DNA of 48,431 nt from assembly GCA_045807245.1 (NCBI GenBank), contig JBJMHS010000054.1, forward strand, positions 1 to 48,431, written 5' to 3'. Origin of the DNA: Actinomycetales bacterium (GTDB lineage Bacteria > Actinomycetota > Actinomycetes > Actinomycetales > CAVURS01). The position numbers and the translations under genes were made by a program. Shown piece by piece: positions 9,230-17,608 of this stretch; the stretch's first letter is position 1, and the number at the start of each line of letters is the position of its first letter. The notes under the pieces were generated by a model, which saw nothing but the letters and a program-made list of their open reading frames with translations, searched no databases and had not been told where the DNA came from.

Positions 9230-10167
9230 CCGTGGGCGCGAGCGCCGACGACGTCGAGCGGGCCTGGCACGACACCAAGCTGGCGCAGGTGCTGTACCAC
9301 GACTGGGAAGCATCGACGTACGACGAGAAGTGGTCCATCTCGTTCGACGAACGCTGCATCAGCTATGCCCGCGACCGGTTCGCGGCCGTGGCCGGCACCG
9401 AGGGCTGGCCGTACGGGCGGGCGCTCGAGATCGGCGCCGGCACGGGGTTCTTCTCGCTGAACCTGCGGCAGGCGGGTGTGCTGTCCGAGGTCTGCGTCAG
9501 CGACCTGTCGCCGGGGATGGTGGCGGCGGCACAGGAGAACGCGCGCCGGCTGGGCTTCTCCGTCGAGGGGCGCGTCGGCGACGCCGAGCACCTGCCGTAC
9601 GACGACGACTCGTTCGACATCGTGGTCGGGCACGCAGTCCTGCACCACGTGCCGGACGTCGAGCTCGCGCTGCGCGAATGCCTGCGGGTGCTGCGCCCGG
9701 GCGGACGGCTGGTCGTCGCCGGGGAGCCGACGAGGGTCGGGGACTGGTACGCGCGCCGGCTGGGCCGGCTGACCTGGGCGGCGACGACGCGGGTGACGCA
9801 TCTGCCACGGTTGCGGGAGCGATGGGCCCGGCCGCAGGAGGAGCTCGACGAGTCGTCCCGCGCTGCGGCGCTCGAGGCCGTCGTGGACCTGCACACGTTC
9901 GAGCCGGGCGCGCTCGCGCGGATGGCACTGCGCGCGGGGGGCGTGGACGTGCGGACGCAGACCGAGGAGCTGACGGCGGCGTTCCTCGGATGGCCCGTGC
10001 GGACGTTCGAGGCCGCGGTGAACCCGGACCGGCTCGGATGGGGCTGGGCCATGTTCGCGTACCGCTCGTGGCAGCGGCTCAGCGCGCTGGACCGCCTGCT
10101 GACCCGGGCCCACGTCGTACCGGCCCGGCTCTTCTACAACGTGGCCCTCACCGCCCTCAAGCCCTAG
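9226..10167 (+). CDS. Class I SAM-dependent methyltransferase (Rv3038c-like)
   Basis: LEIGAGTG SAM motif; KLAQVLYHDWEASTYDEKWSIS; GTGA overlap with the upstream stop codon. Confidence 0.9.
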   Translation: MTVGASADDVERAWHDTKLAQVLYHDWEASTYDEKWSISFDERCISYARDRFAAVAGTEGWPYGRALEIGAGTGFFSLNLRQAGVLSEVCVSDLSPGMVAAAQENARRLGFSVEGRVGDAEHLPYDDDSFDIVVGHAVLHHVPDVELALRECLRVLRPGGRLVVAGEPTRVGDWYARRLGRLTWAATTRVTHLPRLRERWARPQEELDESSRAAALEAVVDLHTFEPGALARMALRAGGVDVRTQTEELTAAFLGWPVRTFEAAVNPDRLGWGWAMFAYRSWQRLSALDRLLTRAHVVPARLFYNVALTALKP

Positions 10168-10257
10168 CCCCTCGTGCTCCCCACCCCGCGCGGTGCTCCC
10201 CAGCGCCCGGCGCGAGCGCCGATCACGAGGCCAGATCACCGGGCTCCAGGGAGTACG
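10168..10257 (+). repeat. Left 90-bp hairpin element (REP doublet/REPIN-like), inverted copy of 11381-11470
   Basis: Ungapped match to the reverse complement of 11381-11470: first 32 nt 28/32 identical, last 23 nt 21/23, variable middle. Internally CGTGCTCCC...GCGCGGTG pairs with CACCGGGC...GGGAGTACG. Confidence 0.85.
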
Positions 10258-11308
10258 AGCGAGTTCGGGCCAGGACCTGACCGGTCGGCGACAGCCGGGC
10301 CAGCGCGCTCAGCCCAGCTGCCGGTACGACGTGTGGTTCCGGGACCGGACTAGTCCGGCGAGTGCCGCGGACGAGGTGGGGTCGCGCCCGGGCCAGAGTG
10401 CGAGCAAGCCTCGGGCCGAGCAAGGCGTCCGGCCGCATGACATCGGCCGTGGTCCACCGCACGACCTCGTAGCCCAGGTCGCGGAGCCGATCCTCGCGGA
10501 CCTTCTCCGCCCTGAGCGCATCCCATTGCCCGCTCGGCTCGGCGGCGAGTGGGTACTTGGCCCACCCGTCCGCCTCACCGACGACCCCGAGATCCGCCCA
10601 GAGGAAGTCCACGCGCGCGACATGGCGGCCTCGCTCGTCGAACAGGTCGACCTGGCTGGTGGGAGCCGGGACGCCAAGGCGCTGCCAGGCGACGGCCGAG
10701 CGTGACTCCAACCAGCTCTCGCGGCGCGGATCAACCAGCTCGATCGATGCGCGACCCCGGGCGGCGTAAGGCCATGACTCCTGCCACCGCAGGATGCGCG
10801 CCACGGCTTCGAGGTCGACCCCGTGCCCTACGGCGTAGTCTGCGATCGGCACGCTGGCCTCGGCCGGCAGATGGCGCAGACAATCCGCCACGGTGCGAGG
10901 CGGTGACGTCAGCGGCACGCCCAGGCGCGTGTTCACGTGGTGGTCGGGCAGTGGTGCCACCTGCCGGATGCGCTCGTTGCGCCGTCGGGTCACGCCCCGT
11001 GTCTGCGCGGCGAGGGTCGTCCACGGGACCGCGTCCACGTCCAGCGGTGCCGGCCAGCCGTAGGCGAGGGCGGCGGTCAGGTGACTGATCACCTCGTCGG
11101 CATCCATCGCGAGCAGCACCCCGCATCCAGCGAGCACATGGCGTTGTTCAGGGGAGGCGGTCTCGTACGCCGACGCTGGGCAGAAGACGGCGCGCCGCAG
11201 TGTCCGCCACGCGCCCGAGCTGAGCCGCCAGTCGACGGCCTTGTCGGTGTACCCGGCCCGGACGGCGTGTTCGCGGGTGAACACAAGAGGGAGGTCGGCC
11301 TCGATCAT
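10223..11308 (-). CDS. AbiEi-antitoxin-like N-terminal domain plus C-terminal DUF559/Vsr-like PD-(D/E)XK nuclease-fold protein
   Basis: FTREHAVRAG..L..G.WRTLRRAVF, SHLTAA, TSPPRTVADC, ESWLES, RVDFLW..VVGEADG..KY, EK.RED.LR.LGYEVVRW. ATG at 11308 lies 6 nt after a CAGGCT -10-like hexamer. Confidence 0.8.
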   Translation of the reverse strand: MIEADLPLVFTREHAVRAGYTDKAVDWRLSSGAWRTLRRAVFCPASAYETASPEQRHVLAGCGVLLAMDADEVISHLTAALAYGWPAPLDVDAVPWTTLAAQTRGVTRRRNERIRQVAPLPDHHVNTRLGVPLTSPPRTVADCLRHLPAEASVPIADYAVGHGVDLEAVARILRWQESWPYAARGRASIELVDPRRESWLESRSAVAWQRLGVPAPTSQVDLFDERGRHVARVDFLWADLGVVGEADGWAKYPLAAEPSGQWDALRAEKVREDRLRDLGYEVVRWTTADVMRPDALLGPRLARTLARARPHLVRGTRRTSPVPEPHVVPAAGLSALARLSPTGQVLARTRSYSLEPGDLAS

Positions 11309-11380
11309 CGGCACAGCCTGCGTCGGTACGCCGCCTGCCCGCTTTCGCTGTCCACAGGCCTCGCGTTGCGCGCGCCACGC

Positions 11381-11470
11381 CGTACTCCCTGGCGCTCGGT
11401 GATATCGGCGCTCCGCAGGGGTCGCAACCGGGCTGCGCGGAGCACCGCGCGGGGGAGGGAGCACGTAGGG
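11381..11470 (-). repeat. Right 90-bp hairpin element (REP doublet/REPIN-like), inverted copy of 10168-10257
   Basis: CGTACTCCCT..GCTCGGTG pairs with CACCGCGC..AGGGAGCACG; same length as the left copy. Confidence 0.85.
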
Positions 11471-12249
11471 TGCGGGAGGTGGGCGACGGGGTGCTGGCGG
11501 CGTGGGCCCAGCGCCTGCGCCAGGGCCGAGATCCGCGCCAGGCCAGGTATCTCACGGCGGCCAGCCTGCGCTGGGTCCTCACCCACCGGGCGTTCACACC
11601 GGGCTACCTCGTGCGCTACGCCCGCCTGGCGGCGTTCCGACTGCGCAACCCGCACGTCGTCCTCGAAGGCATGGTCTTCCTCGGCCGCGGCACGAGGCTG
11701 TACGCCCGGCCCGGCTACGGCCGCCTCGTCATCGGGCCGTGGGTGCACATCGGCGACCTGACCCGCCTGCGCGCGCACGAAGGCACCCTGCGCATCGGCG
11801 ACCGCACGGTGTTCGGCCGGGACGCGTCCGTCAACTGCTACCTCGACGTCGAGATCGGCGGTGCCTCGATGGTCGCCGACTGGGTGTACGTCTGTGACTT
11901 CGACCACCGCACGTACGACGAAGGGCCAGGCGCGCGCGAGCGCCCGATCAAGGACCTCGGGCTGGTGAAGAGCCCGGTCCGGATCGGCCCGGGCTCCTGG
12001 CTGGGCGTCCGCTCGACGGTGCTGCGCGGTACGACGATGGGCAGCGGCTGCGTGCTGGCTGCCCACGCCGTGGCCCGCGGCAGCTACCCCGACGACTCCG
12101 TCATCGCCGGCGTCCCCGGCCAGGCCGTGCGCGACCGCACTCGCGCGGCAACGGTACGCGGGGCAACTGTGCGCACAGCGGCCCGGCCGGCGACGCCGTC
12201 GCGCGGCCGCCGGCGCCCACCCGGTGTGGGGGACGTCACCGTCGCCTGA
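11470..12249 (+). CDS. Hexapeptide-repeat (left-handed beta-helix) acyltransferase, Rv3034c-like
   Basis: LVIGPWVHIG, LRIGDRTVFG, YVCDFDH, IKDLGLVKSPVRIGPGSWLG, IAGVPG. Start uncertain (11470, 11479 or 11491). Confidence 0.85.
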   Translation: MREVGDGVLAAWAQRLRQGRDPRQARYLTAASLRWVLTHRAFTPGYLVRYARLAAFRLRNPHVVLEGMVFLGRGTRLYARPGYGRLVIGPWVHIGDLTRLRAHEGTLRIGDRTVFGRDASVNCYLDVEIGGASMVADWVYVCDFDHRTYDEGPGARERPIKDLGLVKSPVRIGPGSWLGVRSTVLRGTTMGSGCVLAAHAVARGSYPDDSVIAGVPGQAVRDRTRAATVRGATVRTAARPATPSRGRRRPPGVGDVTVA

Positions 12250-12289
12250 GCAGGTGGGCATCCACAACCCGCCGGTAACCTCGGGCCTC

Positions 12290-13078
12290 ATGGAGATCGT
12301 CGTCTGCGTTAAGTACGTCCCCGACGCCCAGGCCGAGCGCACGTTCAACCCGTCGGACAACACGACCGACCGGGTCGGCGTCGACGGCCTGCTCAGCGAG
12401 CTGGACGAGTACGCCGTGGAGGAGGCGCTCAAGCTGAGCGAGGCCTCCGGCGACGAGAGCTCGGTGACGGTGCTGACCGTCGGGCCCGACCAAGCCGAGA
12501 CGGCGATCCGCAAGGCCCTGCAGATGGGCGCCGACAAGGCGGTCCACGTCAAGGACGATGCGTTGCACGGCTCGGACGCGGTTGCCACATCGCTGGTGCT
12601 GGCCAAGGCGATCGAGAAGGTCGGCCGGCCCGACCTGGTCCTCATGGGCATGGCCTCCACCGACGGCACCATGTCCGTCGTACCGGCGATGCTCGCCGAG
12701 CGGCTCGGCCTGCCCCAGGTGACGTTCGCCTCGGAGCTGACCGTCGACGGTGGCACGGCAACGATCCGGCGCGACGGAGACCAGTCCACGGAGACCATCG
12801 CCGCCACGCTCCCGGCGGTGGTCAGCGTCACCGACCAGATCAACGAGCCCAGGTACCCGTCGTTCAAGGGCATCATGGCGGCCAAGAAGAAGCCGGTGGA
12901 GCAGTGGGCGCTCGCCGACCTCGACCTCACCGGCGACCAGGTCGGGCTCGACGCCGCGTGGACGAAGGTCGAGGGCTTCACCGCCCGGCCGCCGCGGGAG
13001 AAGGGCAAGGTCGTGACCGACGACGGCACCGGCGGGCGTCAGCTGGCCGAGTTCCTCAAGGCCAACAAGTTCGTCTGA
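12290..13078 (+). CDS. etfB: Electron transfer flavoprotein subunit beta
   Basis: MEIVVCVKYVPD, DEYAVEEAL, ALQMGAD, NEPRYPSFKGIMAAKKK. Confidence 0.96.
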   Translation: MEIVVCVKYVPDAQAERTFNPSDNTTDRVGVDGLLSELDEYAVEEALKLSEASGDESSVTVLTVGPDQAETAIRKALQMGADKAVHVKDDALHGSDAVATSLVLAKAIEKVGRPDLVLMGMASTDGTMSVVPAMLAERLGLPQVTFASELTVDGGTATIRRDGDQSTETIAATLPAVVSVTDQINEPRYPSFKGIMAAKKKPVEQWALADLDLTGDQVGLDAAWTKVEGFTARPPREKGKVVTDDGTGGRQLAEFLKANKFV

Positions 13079-13100
13079 CCGGACGGGAGCATCCGACACC

Positions 13101-14057
13101 ATGGCTGAAGTACTCGTGCTCGTCGACCACGTCGACGGGGCCGTCCGCAAGACCACACTGGAGCTGCTCACGATCGGCGCGCGGCTCGGCGAGCCGAGCG
13201 CAGTCTTCATCGGCAGCGGCCTGGACCGAGCCCGAGAGACGTTGGGAGAGTACGGCGCCCGCACGATCTACGTCGTCGACGGCGCGGACGTGACGGACTA
13301 CCTCGTTGCTCCCAAGGCCGAGGTCCTGGCCCAGCTGGTCGAGCAGACCGAGCCCGCAGCGGTCCTCATCGCCAGCAGCGCCGAGGGCAAGGAGATCGCC
13401 GGTCGACTCGCGGTCAAGACCGGGTCGGGTGTGATCACCGACGCGGTCGACGTACAGCCGGGCGACGGGGGCCCGACCACGACGCAGTCGGTCTTCGCAG
13501 GTTCGTACACCGTGCAGGCGACCGTGACGAAGGGTACGCCGATCATCACGGTCAAGCCGAACTCCGCTGCGCCACAGCCGAACCCGGCATCCGCGACCGA
13601 ACAAGCCGTCACGGTGGCCGTGTCAGACATCGCCAAGACGGCCCGCATCACCGACCGCAAGCCACGGGAGAAGACCGGACGACCCGAGCTCACCGAGGCA
13701 TCCATCGTGGTGTCCGGCGGGCGCGGCACCGGAGGCGACTTCGCGCCGGTCGAGAGCTTCGCGGACTCGCTCGGCGCCGCTGTCGGCGCCTCGCGCGCGG
13801 CGGTGGATGCGGGGTGGTACCCGCACGCCAACCAGGTCGGGCAGACGGGTAAGACCGTGTCACCACAGCTGTACGTCGCGTGCGGCATCTCCGGCGCCAT
13901 CCAGCACCGGGCCGGGATGCAGACCTCGAAGACCATCGTCGCCGTCAACAAGGACGCCGAGGCGCCGATCTTCGAGCTGGCCGACTTCGGCGTGGTGGGC
14001 GACCTCTTCGCCGTTCTGCCAGCGGCGACCGAGGAGGTCCAGGCCGCGAAGGGCTGA
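13101..14057 (+). CDS. etfA: Electron transfer flavoprotein subunit alpha
   Basis: VVSGGRG, GASRAAVDAGW, QVGQTGKTVSPQLYVACGISGAIQHRAGM. Confidence 0.97.
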   Translation: MAEVLVLVDHVDGAVRKTTLELLTIGARLGEPSAVFIGSGLDRARETLGEYGARTIYVVDGADVTDYLVAPKAEVLAQLVEQTEPAAVLIASSAEGKEIAGRLAVKTGSGVITDAVDVQPGDGGPTTTQSVFAGSYTVQATVTKGTPIITVKPNSAAPQPNPASATEQAVTVAVSDIAKTARITDRKPREKTGRPELTEASIVVSGGRGTGGDFAPVESFADSLGAAVGASRAAVDAGWYPHANQVGQTGKTVSPQLYVACGISGAIQHRAGMQTSKTIVAVNKDAEAPIFELADFGVVGDLFAVLPAATEEVQAAKG

Positions 14058-14088
14058 CCGCGTCCCCGCACCCCCCGTCACCCGCGCG

Positions 14089-14766
14089 CTAGAGCGGCCG
14101 GGCCTGGACGACGACGTTGTCCTCGTAGGAGCGCCGGGCCGCGTCGTACCTTCCCCCGCACGTGACGAGCACCAGACGGGGCGGCCCCCCAGTGGTGAAC
14201 ACCCCGAGCTGGTCGAGCGACTGCTTGGGCACGCGCCGGCGCCCGGTGACCTGGTAGCGCACGACAGTGCCGTCTCCGCGGGCGACTGTGACCTCGTCGC
14301 CGAGCCGCAGCAGTCTCAGGTCGGCCAGCACGCCGGCCCGGCCGCTCCACGACACATGGCCGGCGAACAGCACGGTGCCGCTCGCCGCACCCGGCGTGGC
14401 GCCGTAGGCCCACCAGACCACGGCCCGCGCGGACGGCAGGAGGCTGAGCGAGCGGTTGTCCGGCCCGACGCCGGCGGCCGTCGTCGCCGCGCGCAGATGC
14501 AGTCGCGGGATGCTGACCGCGGTGGGCCGCGCCCGGTCGTCGCCCTGAGCGCCGAGCTCGGTCGAGTGCGTCGCGAGCAGGCCACCCGCCGCAGGCGTGG
14601 GCGCGCCGTTCGCGGAGCCGCCCGTCTCGGCGGCCGACCCGGGCGAGCCGAGGCTCACGCTGCCTATGTCCGGCCCGGCCGCCGCGCCGGTCGCCCGGGA
14701 GCGGTCGTGCACCGAGAGGCCGACGACGCCGAGCACGACCGCCAGCGCGGCAGACCCTGCGGCCAC
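14089..14766 (-). CDS. Class F sortase
   Basis: N-terminal membrane anchor, VLFAGHVS (His), LVLVTCGG (Cys), YEDNVVV. The true start may be 14793 (see findings). Confidence 0.88.
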   Translation of the reverse strand: MAAGSAALAVVLGVVGLSVHDRSRATGAAAGPDIGSVSLGSPGSAAETGGSANGAPTPAAGGLLATHSTELGAQGDDRARPTAVSIPRLHLRAATTAAGVGPDNRSLSLLPSARAVVWWAYGATPGAASGTVLFAGHVSWSGRAGVLADLRLLRLGDEVTVARGDGTVVRYQVTGRRRVPKQSLDQLGVFTTGGPPRLVLVTCGGRYDAARRSYEDNVVVQARPL

Positions 14767-14782
14767 CCGCCGGCCGGGCCGG

Positions 14783-15673
14783 TCAGGTCGCGTGTGAGGC
14801 TCCCGACGAGTACGTCGCCCCGGTCCGTCGCCGCAGCAGCATCAGCAGCGCAGCCCCACCGGCCCCCAACAAGCTCAGCGCCAGCCATGTCGGCACGGGC
14901 CGGCCCGACTCGAGCGGCGGTTGCCCGCCAGAGTTCACGGCGGCCGCGGCGAACCGGGGTGTGACCGAGTTGGCAACCAGCGCAATAGATTTCGAAGACT
15001 GAAGTCCGACGACGTACACCACCATGGCCTTGCCGGACGCGGCTCGGACGGGCTGGTTCGTCAGCAGCCACGCACCGTTGACCTTCAGTCCGACGGTGTG
15101 ACTGCCCGGGCTGACACCGCGAACGACCTGCGACCCGGCGCCCAGGCCGGATGTGGCTGAACGCCCGTCGATGAGCACCTGGGGCGCCTTGCCCTGTGAC
15201 ACGTTGCGCACGACGATCGAGCTCGCCGAGTGGGCGGTACTGGAGAGCGTGTCGTCGAAGACGTAGGCCTTCGGACCGCCTGCGCTGTCGAAACCGACTG
15301 CGGCAGTGAGGACTTGGCCCGCCTTGACACTCAGCGTCACGTCGAGCAGGGCGGTGGTGTGCGGCTCGCTGGCCTTGAAGACCTGCACGCGGTGGGCGCC
15401 CGCGGGCAGGGCCAACGGCGAGGAGGCCCGCTCGTAGGCGAAGCCTTGCAGGACTGTCTTGCCGTCGACGACGACGTCCGCGAGCAGGCCGCGGACGCCG
15501 TGGACAAGGGTCACCGACGCGCTCGACCCCGCTCGGGCCGAGACGGCCGAAACCCCCGCCGAGACCCCCGCCGGGGCGGCGGCCGAGGCCATCGGAGCTG
15601 ATACGAGCAGACCTGTGGCGCCGAGGGCGAGCACCACGACAGCTTTCCCCCGCCGTTGCATGTAGTGGCTCAT
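14783..15673 (-). CDS. DUF4397-domain secreted protein with C-terminal sortase-type anchor
   Basis: Signal peptide; VTLVHGVRGLLADVVVDG, LPAGAHRVQVF, IVVRNVS; C-terminal VNSG + hydrophobic helix + RRR. Start at 15673 or 15661. Confidence 0.8.
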   Translation of the reverse strand: MSHYMQRRGKAVVVLALGATGLLVSAPMASAAAPAGVSAGVSAVSARAGSSASVTLVHGVRGLLADVVVDGKTVLQGFAYERASSPLALPAGAHRVQVFKASEPHTTALLDVTLSVKAGQVLTAAVGFDSAGGPKAYVFDDTLSSTAHSASSIVVRNVSQGKAPQVLIDGRSATSGLGAGSQVVRGVSPGSHTVGLKVNGAWLLTNQPVRAASGKAMVVYVVGLQSSKSIALVANSVTPRFAAAAVNSGGQPPLESGRPVPTWLALSLLGAGGAALLMLLRRRTGATYSSGASHAT

Positions 15674-15873
15674 GTCAAGGGACGGTAAGCCCTGGAATGG
15701 GCCGTTGTCGCCGGGAACGGCAAGGCTTGATGGTGTCTCGCCCGTATTGTCGGCGGAGCGTGACCCCGCCGTCACGGCGCGTCGGGATCCTTGCGTTAGT
15801 AGGCATTTCCAGTGCGAGCGGTCCAGGATTGGAACCGATGTGGAAGTGCCGCCAGTCACGGGAGGGGACGCGG

Positions 15874-17505
15874 ATGACGGCTCAGCGGCCGGCGCGGGGG
15901 ACGGGGGCGCGTCGGGCTGCGTCCGTGCTGGTGGCGGTCGCCGCCAGCGTCGCCCTCGTCAGCGGACCGGCGATATCCGACGACTCACGGCTGACGGTCA
16001 CCGGTGTCGACACCCTCGGCTTTCCCTATGTCGACCTGGTCGTCGGCGGTCTGGCCGGGCCCGCGTCGTCCCGGCAACCGCCCGTGACCATCACGCAGTT
16101 CGGGCAGCGCGTACCGGTGACCTCGAGCTGGCTGCTGTCGGAGAACCAGCCGCTCGCCGTCGTGACCGACGCGGACAAGGCGTCCCTGGCGCAGGTGCAG
16201 GGAATCGTCGGCGAGCTCGTCCAGGCGATGCCGCCACAGGTGCCGCTCGGGCTGGTGTCATCGACCAGCGAGCGCATCTCGGCGGTCGGTGTCAACCGTG
16301 ACGGGTTCATGACCGCCCTCGGACGACAGGCCGCGTCGACTGCTCGACAGGTCAGCGTCGGGATCACTGCGGCCGCCTCAGCCGGGATCCAGCACGTGTT
16401 CGTCGTGACGACATGCGGCTCACCTGCACCCGCCGCCCCTCCCATCGGTGTCATCGCCGACGTGCTGGGTGTCGGGCCGCGGTGCACGCCGGCCTGGCGG
16501 GCGCAGCTGTCCGGGCGGGCCGGCCGGTTTGTGTCGACGGCGGACACCGGCAGCGCACTGGCCGCGCTCGACGCCATGGTCGCGCAGTGGCGCGGGTCCG
16601 TGGTGGTCGTGGCCCAGGTCTCGACGCGTCAGCCCTTGCAGGTCAGCGTCGGAAGCGAGCAGCAGACGGTCTCACTCGGCGAGCCGGTCGCGAGCAACCC
16701 TCAAGCGCCCGGCGGCGCCGAACCGGCATCCACCTCCGGCTCGACCTCCACCTCCAGCTCGGGTGGTCTGGTGCTGGGCGTGGGCCTGGTCCTGCTCCTG
16801 TTCACCATCGCGCTGGTGGTCTTCCTGGCGGTACGGCGGCCCGCCGGGCACCACACCGACGATCTGGACACCTTCGAGCTCCCGCCGCTGCACCAGCCTG
16901 AGGCGGCGCCTGACCTGGTGGCCAGCACCGCGCGGCCCCCGACTATCGACCTTCGTGAGCATCCGGACGAGTTGCCGAGGATGCCCCTGATGGCGGTTGC
17001 CACGCCCGGTGCAGTCCGTCAGGCTGAACGTTCCCTGCCGGCGACAGTCGCCACGCGGGACGTACCCGAGGAGCCCGTCGCCATGGCCGACAAGCAGTTC
17101 GCTGCAGAGGACGTCGTCGAAGAGCCGGTCGCGAACGTCGAGGTCGACACCACGCAAGCCCCGGCCGAGCACGCCGAGCAGGAGACCGACACCGAGCCTG
17201 CGGCCGAGGTCGAGGCCGTCGACGCACTGGCGGACGAGCCCGCGGCTGAGGCAGTGGCGGACGAGCCGGCGATCGACGCAGTGGCGGACGAGCCGGCGGA
17301 CGAGGCTCCTGACGCGCCGGCCGACCGTGACCAGCTGGCCCCGATCGAGTTCAACTGGACGCCGCTGCAGTTCAACGAGCTGACCTGGCGCTCTGACGAG
17401 GACCGGCTGCACCCGGCCACCATCGACCTGCGCGAGCCGGCTGCGGTCGACGTGCGGGAGAAGGCGCCGCGCCGCACCAAGAGCCGGCGCAAGACCGGGC
17501 ACTGA
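15874..17505 (+). CDS. Membrane protein: signal peptide, degenerate vWA-like ectodomain, one TM helix, acidic low-complexity tail
   Basis: GGAGG RBS before ATG 15874; [18 protein letters not shown] resembles vWA-associated N-termini; [25 protein letters not shown] followed by RR. Confidence 0.7.
   Translation: MTAQRPARGTGARRAASVLVAVAASVALVSGPAISDDSRLTVTGVDTLGFPYVDLVVGGLAGPASSRQPPVTITQFGQRVPVTSSWLLSENQPLAVVTDADKASLAQVQGIVGELVQAMPPQVPLGLVSSTSERISAVGVNRDGFMTALGRQAASTARQVSVGITAAASAGIQHVFVVTTCGSPAPAAPPIGVIADVLGVGPRCTPAWRAQLSGRAGRFVSTADTGSALAALDAMVAQWRGSVVVVAQVSTRQPLQVSVGSEQQTVSLGEPVASNPQAPGGAEPASTSGSTSTSSSGGLVLGVGLVLLLFTIALVVFLAVRRPAGHHTDDLDTFELPPLHQPEAAPDLVASTARPPTIDLREHPDELPRMPLMAVATPGAVRQAERSLPATVATRDVPEEPVAMADKQFAAEDVVEEPVANVEVDTTQAPAEHAEQETDTEPAAEVEAVDALADEPAAEAVADEPAIDAVADEPADEAPDAPADRDQLAPIEFNWTPLQFNELTWRSDEDRLHPATIDLREPAAVDVREKAPRRTKSRRKTGH
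17218..17298 (+). repeat. Three 27-bp coding tandem repeats (xxAxADEPA)
   Basis: GTCGACGCACTGGCGGACGAGCCCGCG / GCTGAGGCAGTGGCGGACGAGCCGGCG / ATCGACGCAGTGGCGGACGAGCCGGCG. Confidence 0.85.
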
Positions 17506-17515
17506 CCTTCGGCTC

Positions 17516-17545
17516 GCTTCGACGGGCTTCGACGGGCTTCGACGA
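17516..17545. repeat. Intergenic 10-bp tandem repeat, three copies
   Basis: GCTTCGACGG GCTTCGACGG GCTTCGACGA. Confidence 0.9.
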
Positions 17546-17608
17546 GCGCTCCTGGTACGCGCCGGCGCGGGCGGTCCGGGCCGGACCGCGGGACTAGACT
17601 GGCCGGTC

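Noticed and set aside
10168..11470. Classical IS element or complete type IV toxin-antitoxin system
   Set aside because: No DDE or HUH transposase motifs, no target-site duplication seen at the flanks, and no adjacent AbiEii nucleotidyltransferase.
12142..12174. RAATV/RGATV 15-bp duplication in the acyltransferase tail
   Set aside because: Degenerate two-copy repeat in a low-complexity tail, with no sign of function.
15760..15777. CRP/GlxR or BldD site (CGTGAC-N6-GTCACG)
   Set aside because: Spacing is GTGA-N8-TCAC rather than N6, and orientation is wrong for BldD. The palindrome is real but unassigned; the nearby minus-strand GCCGACAA lacks a convincing sigma28 -35.
17218..17545. CRISPR-like repeats
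   Set aside because: Contiguous tandem units without unique spacers, one set is coding, and there are no cas genes.
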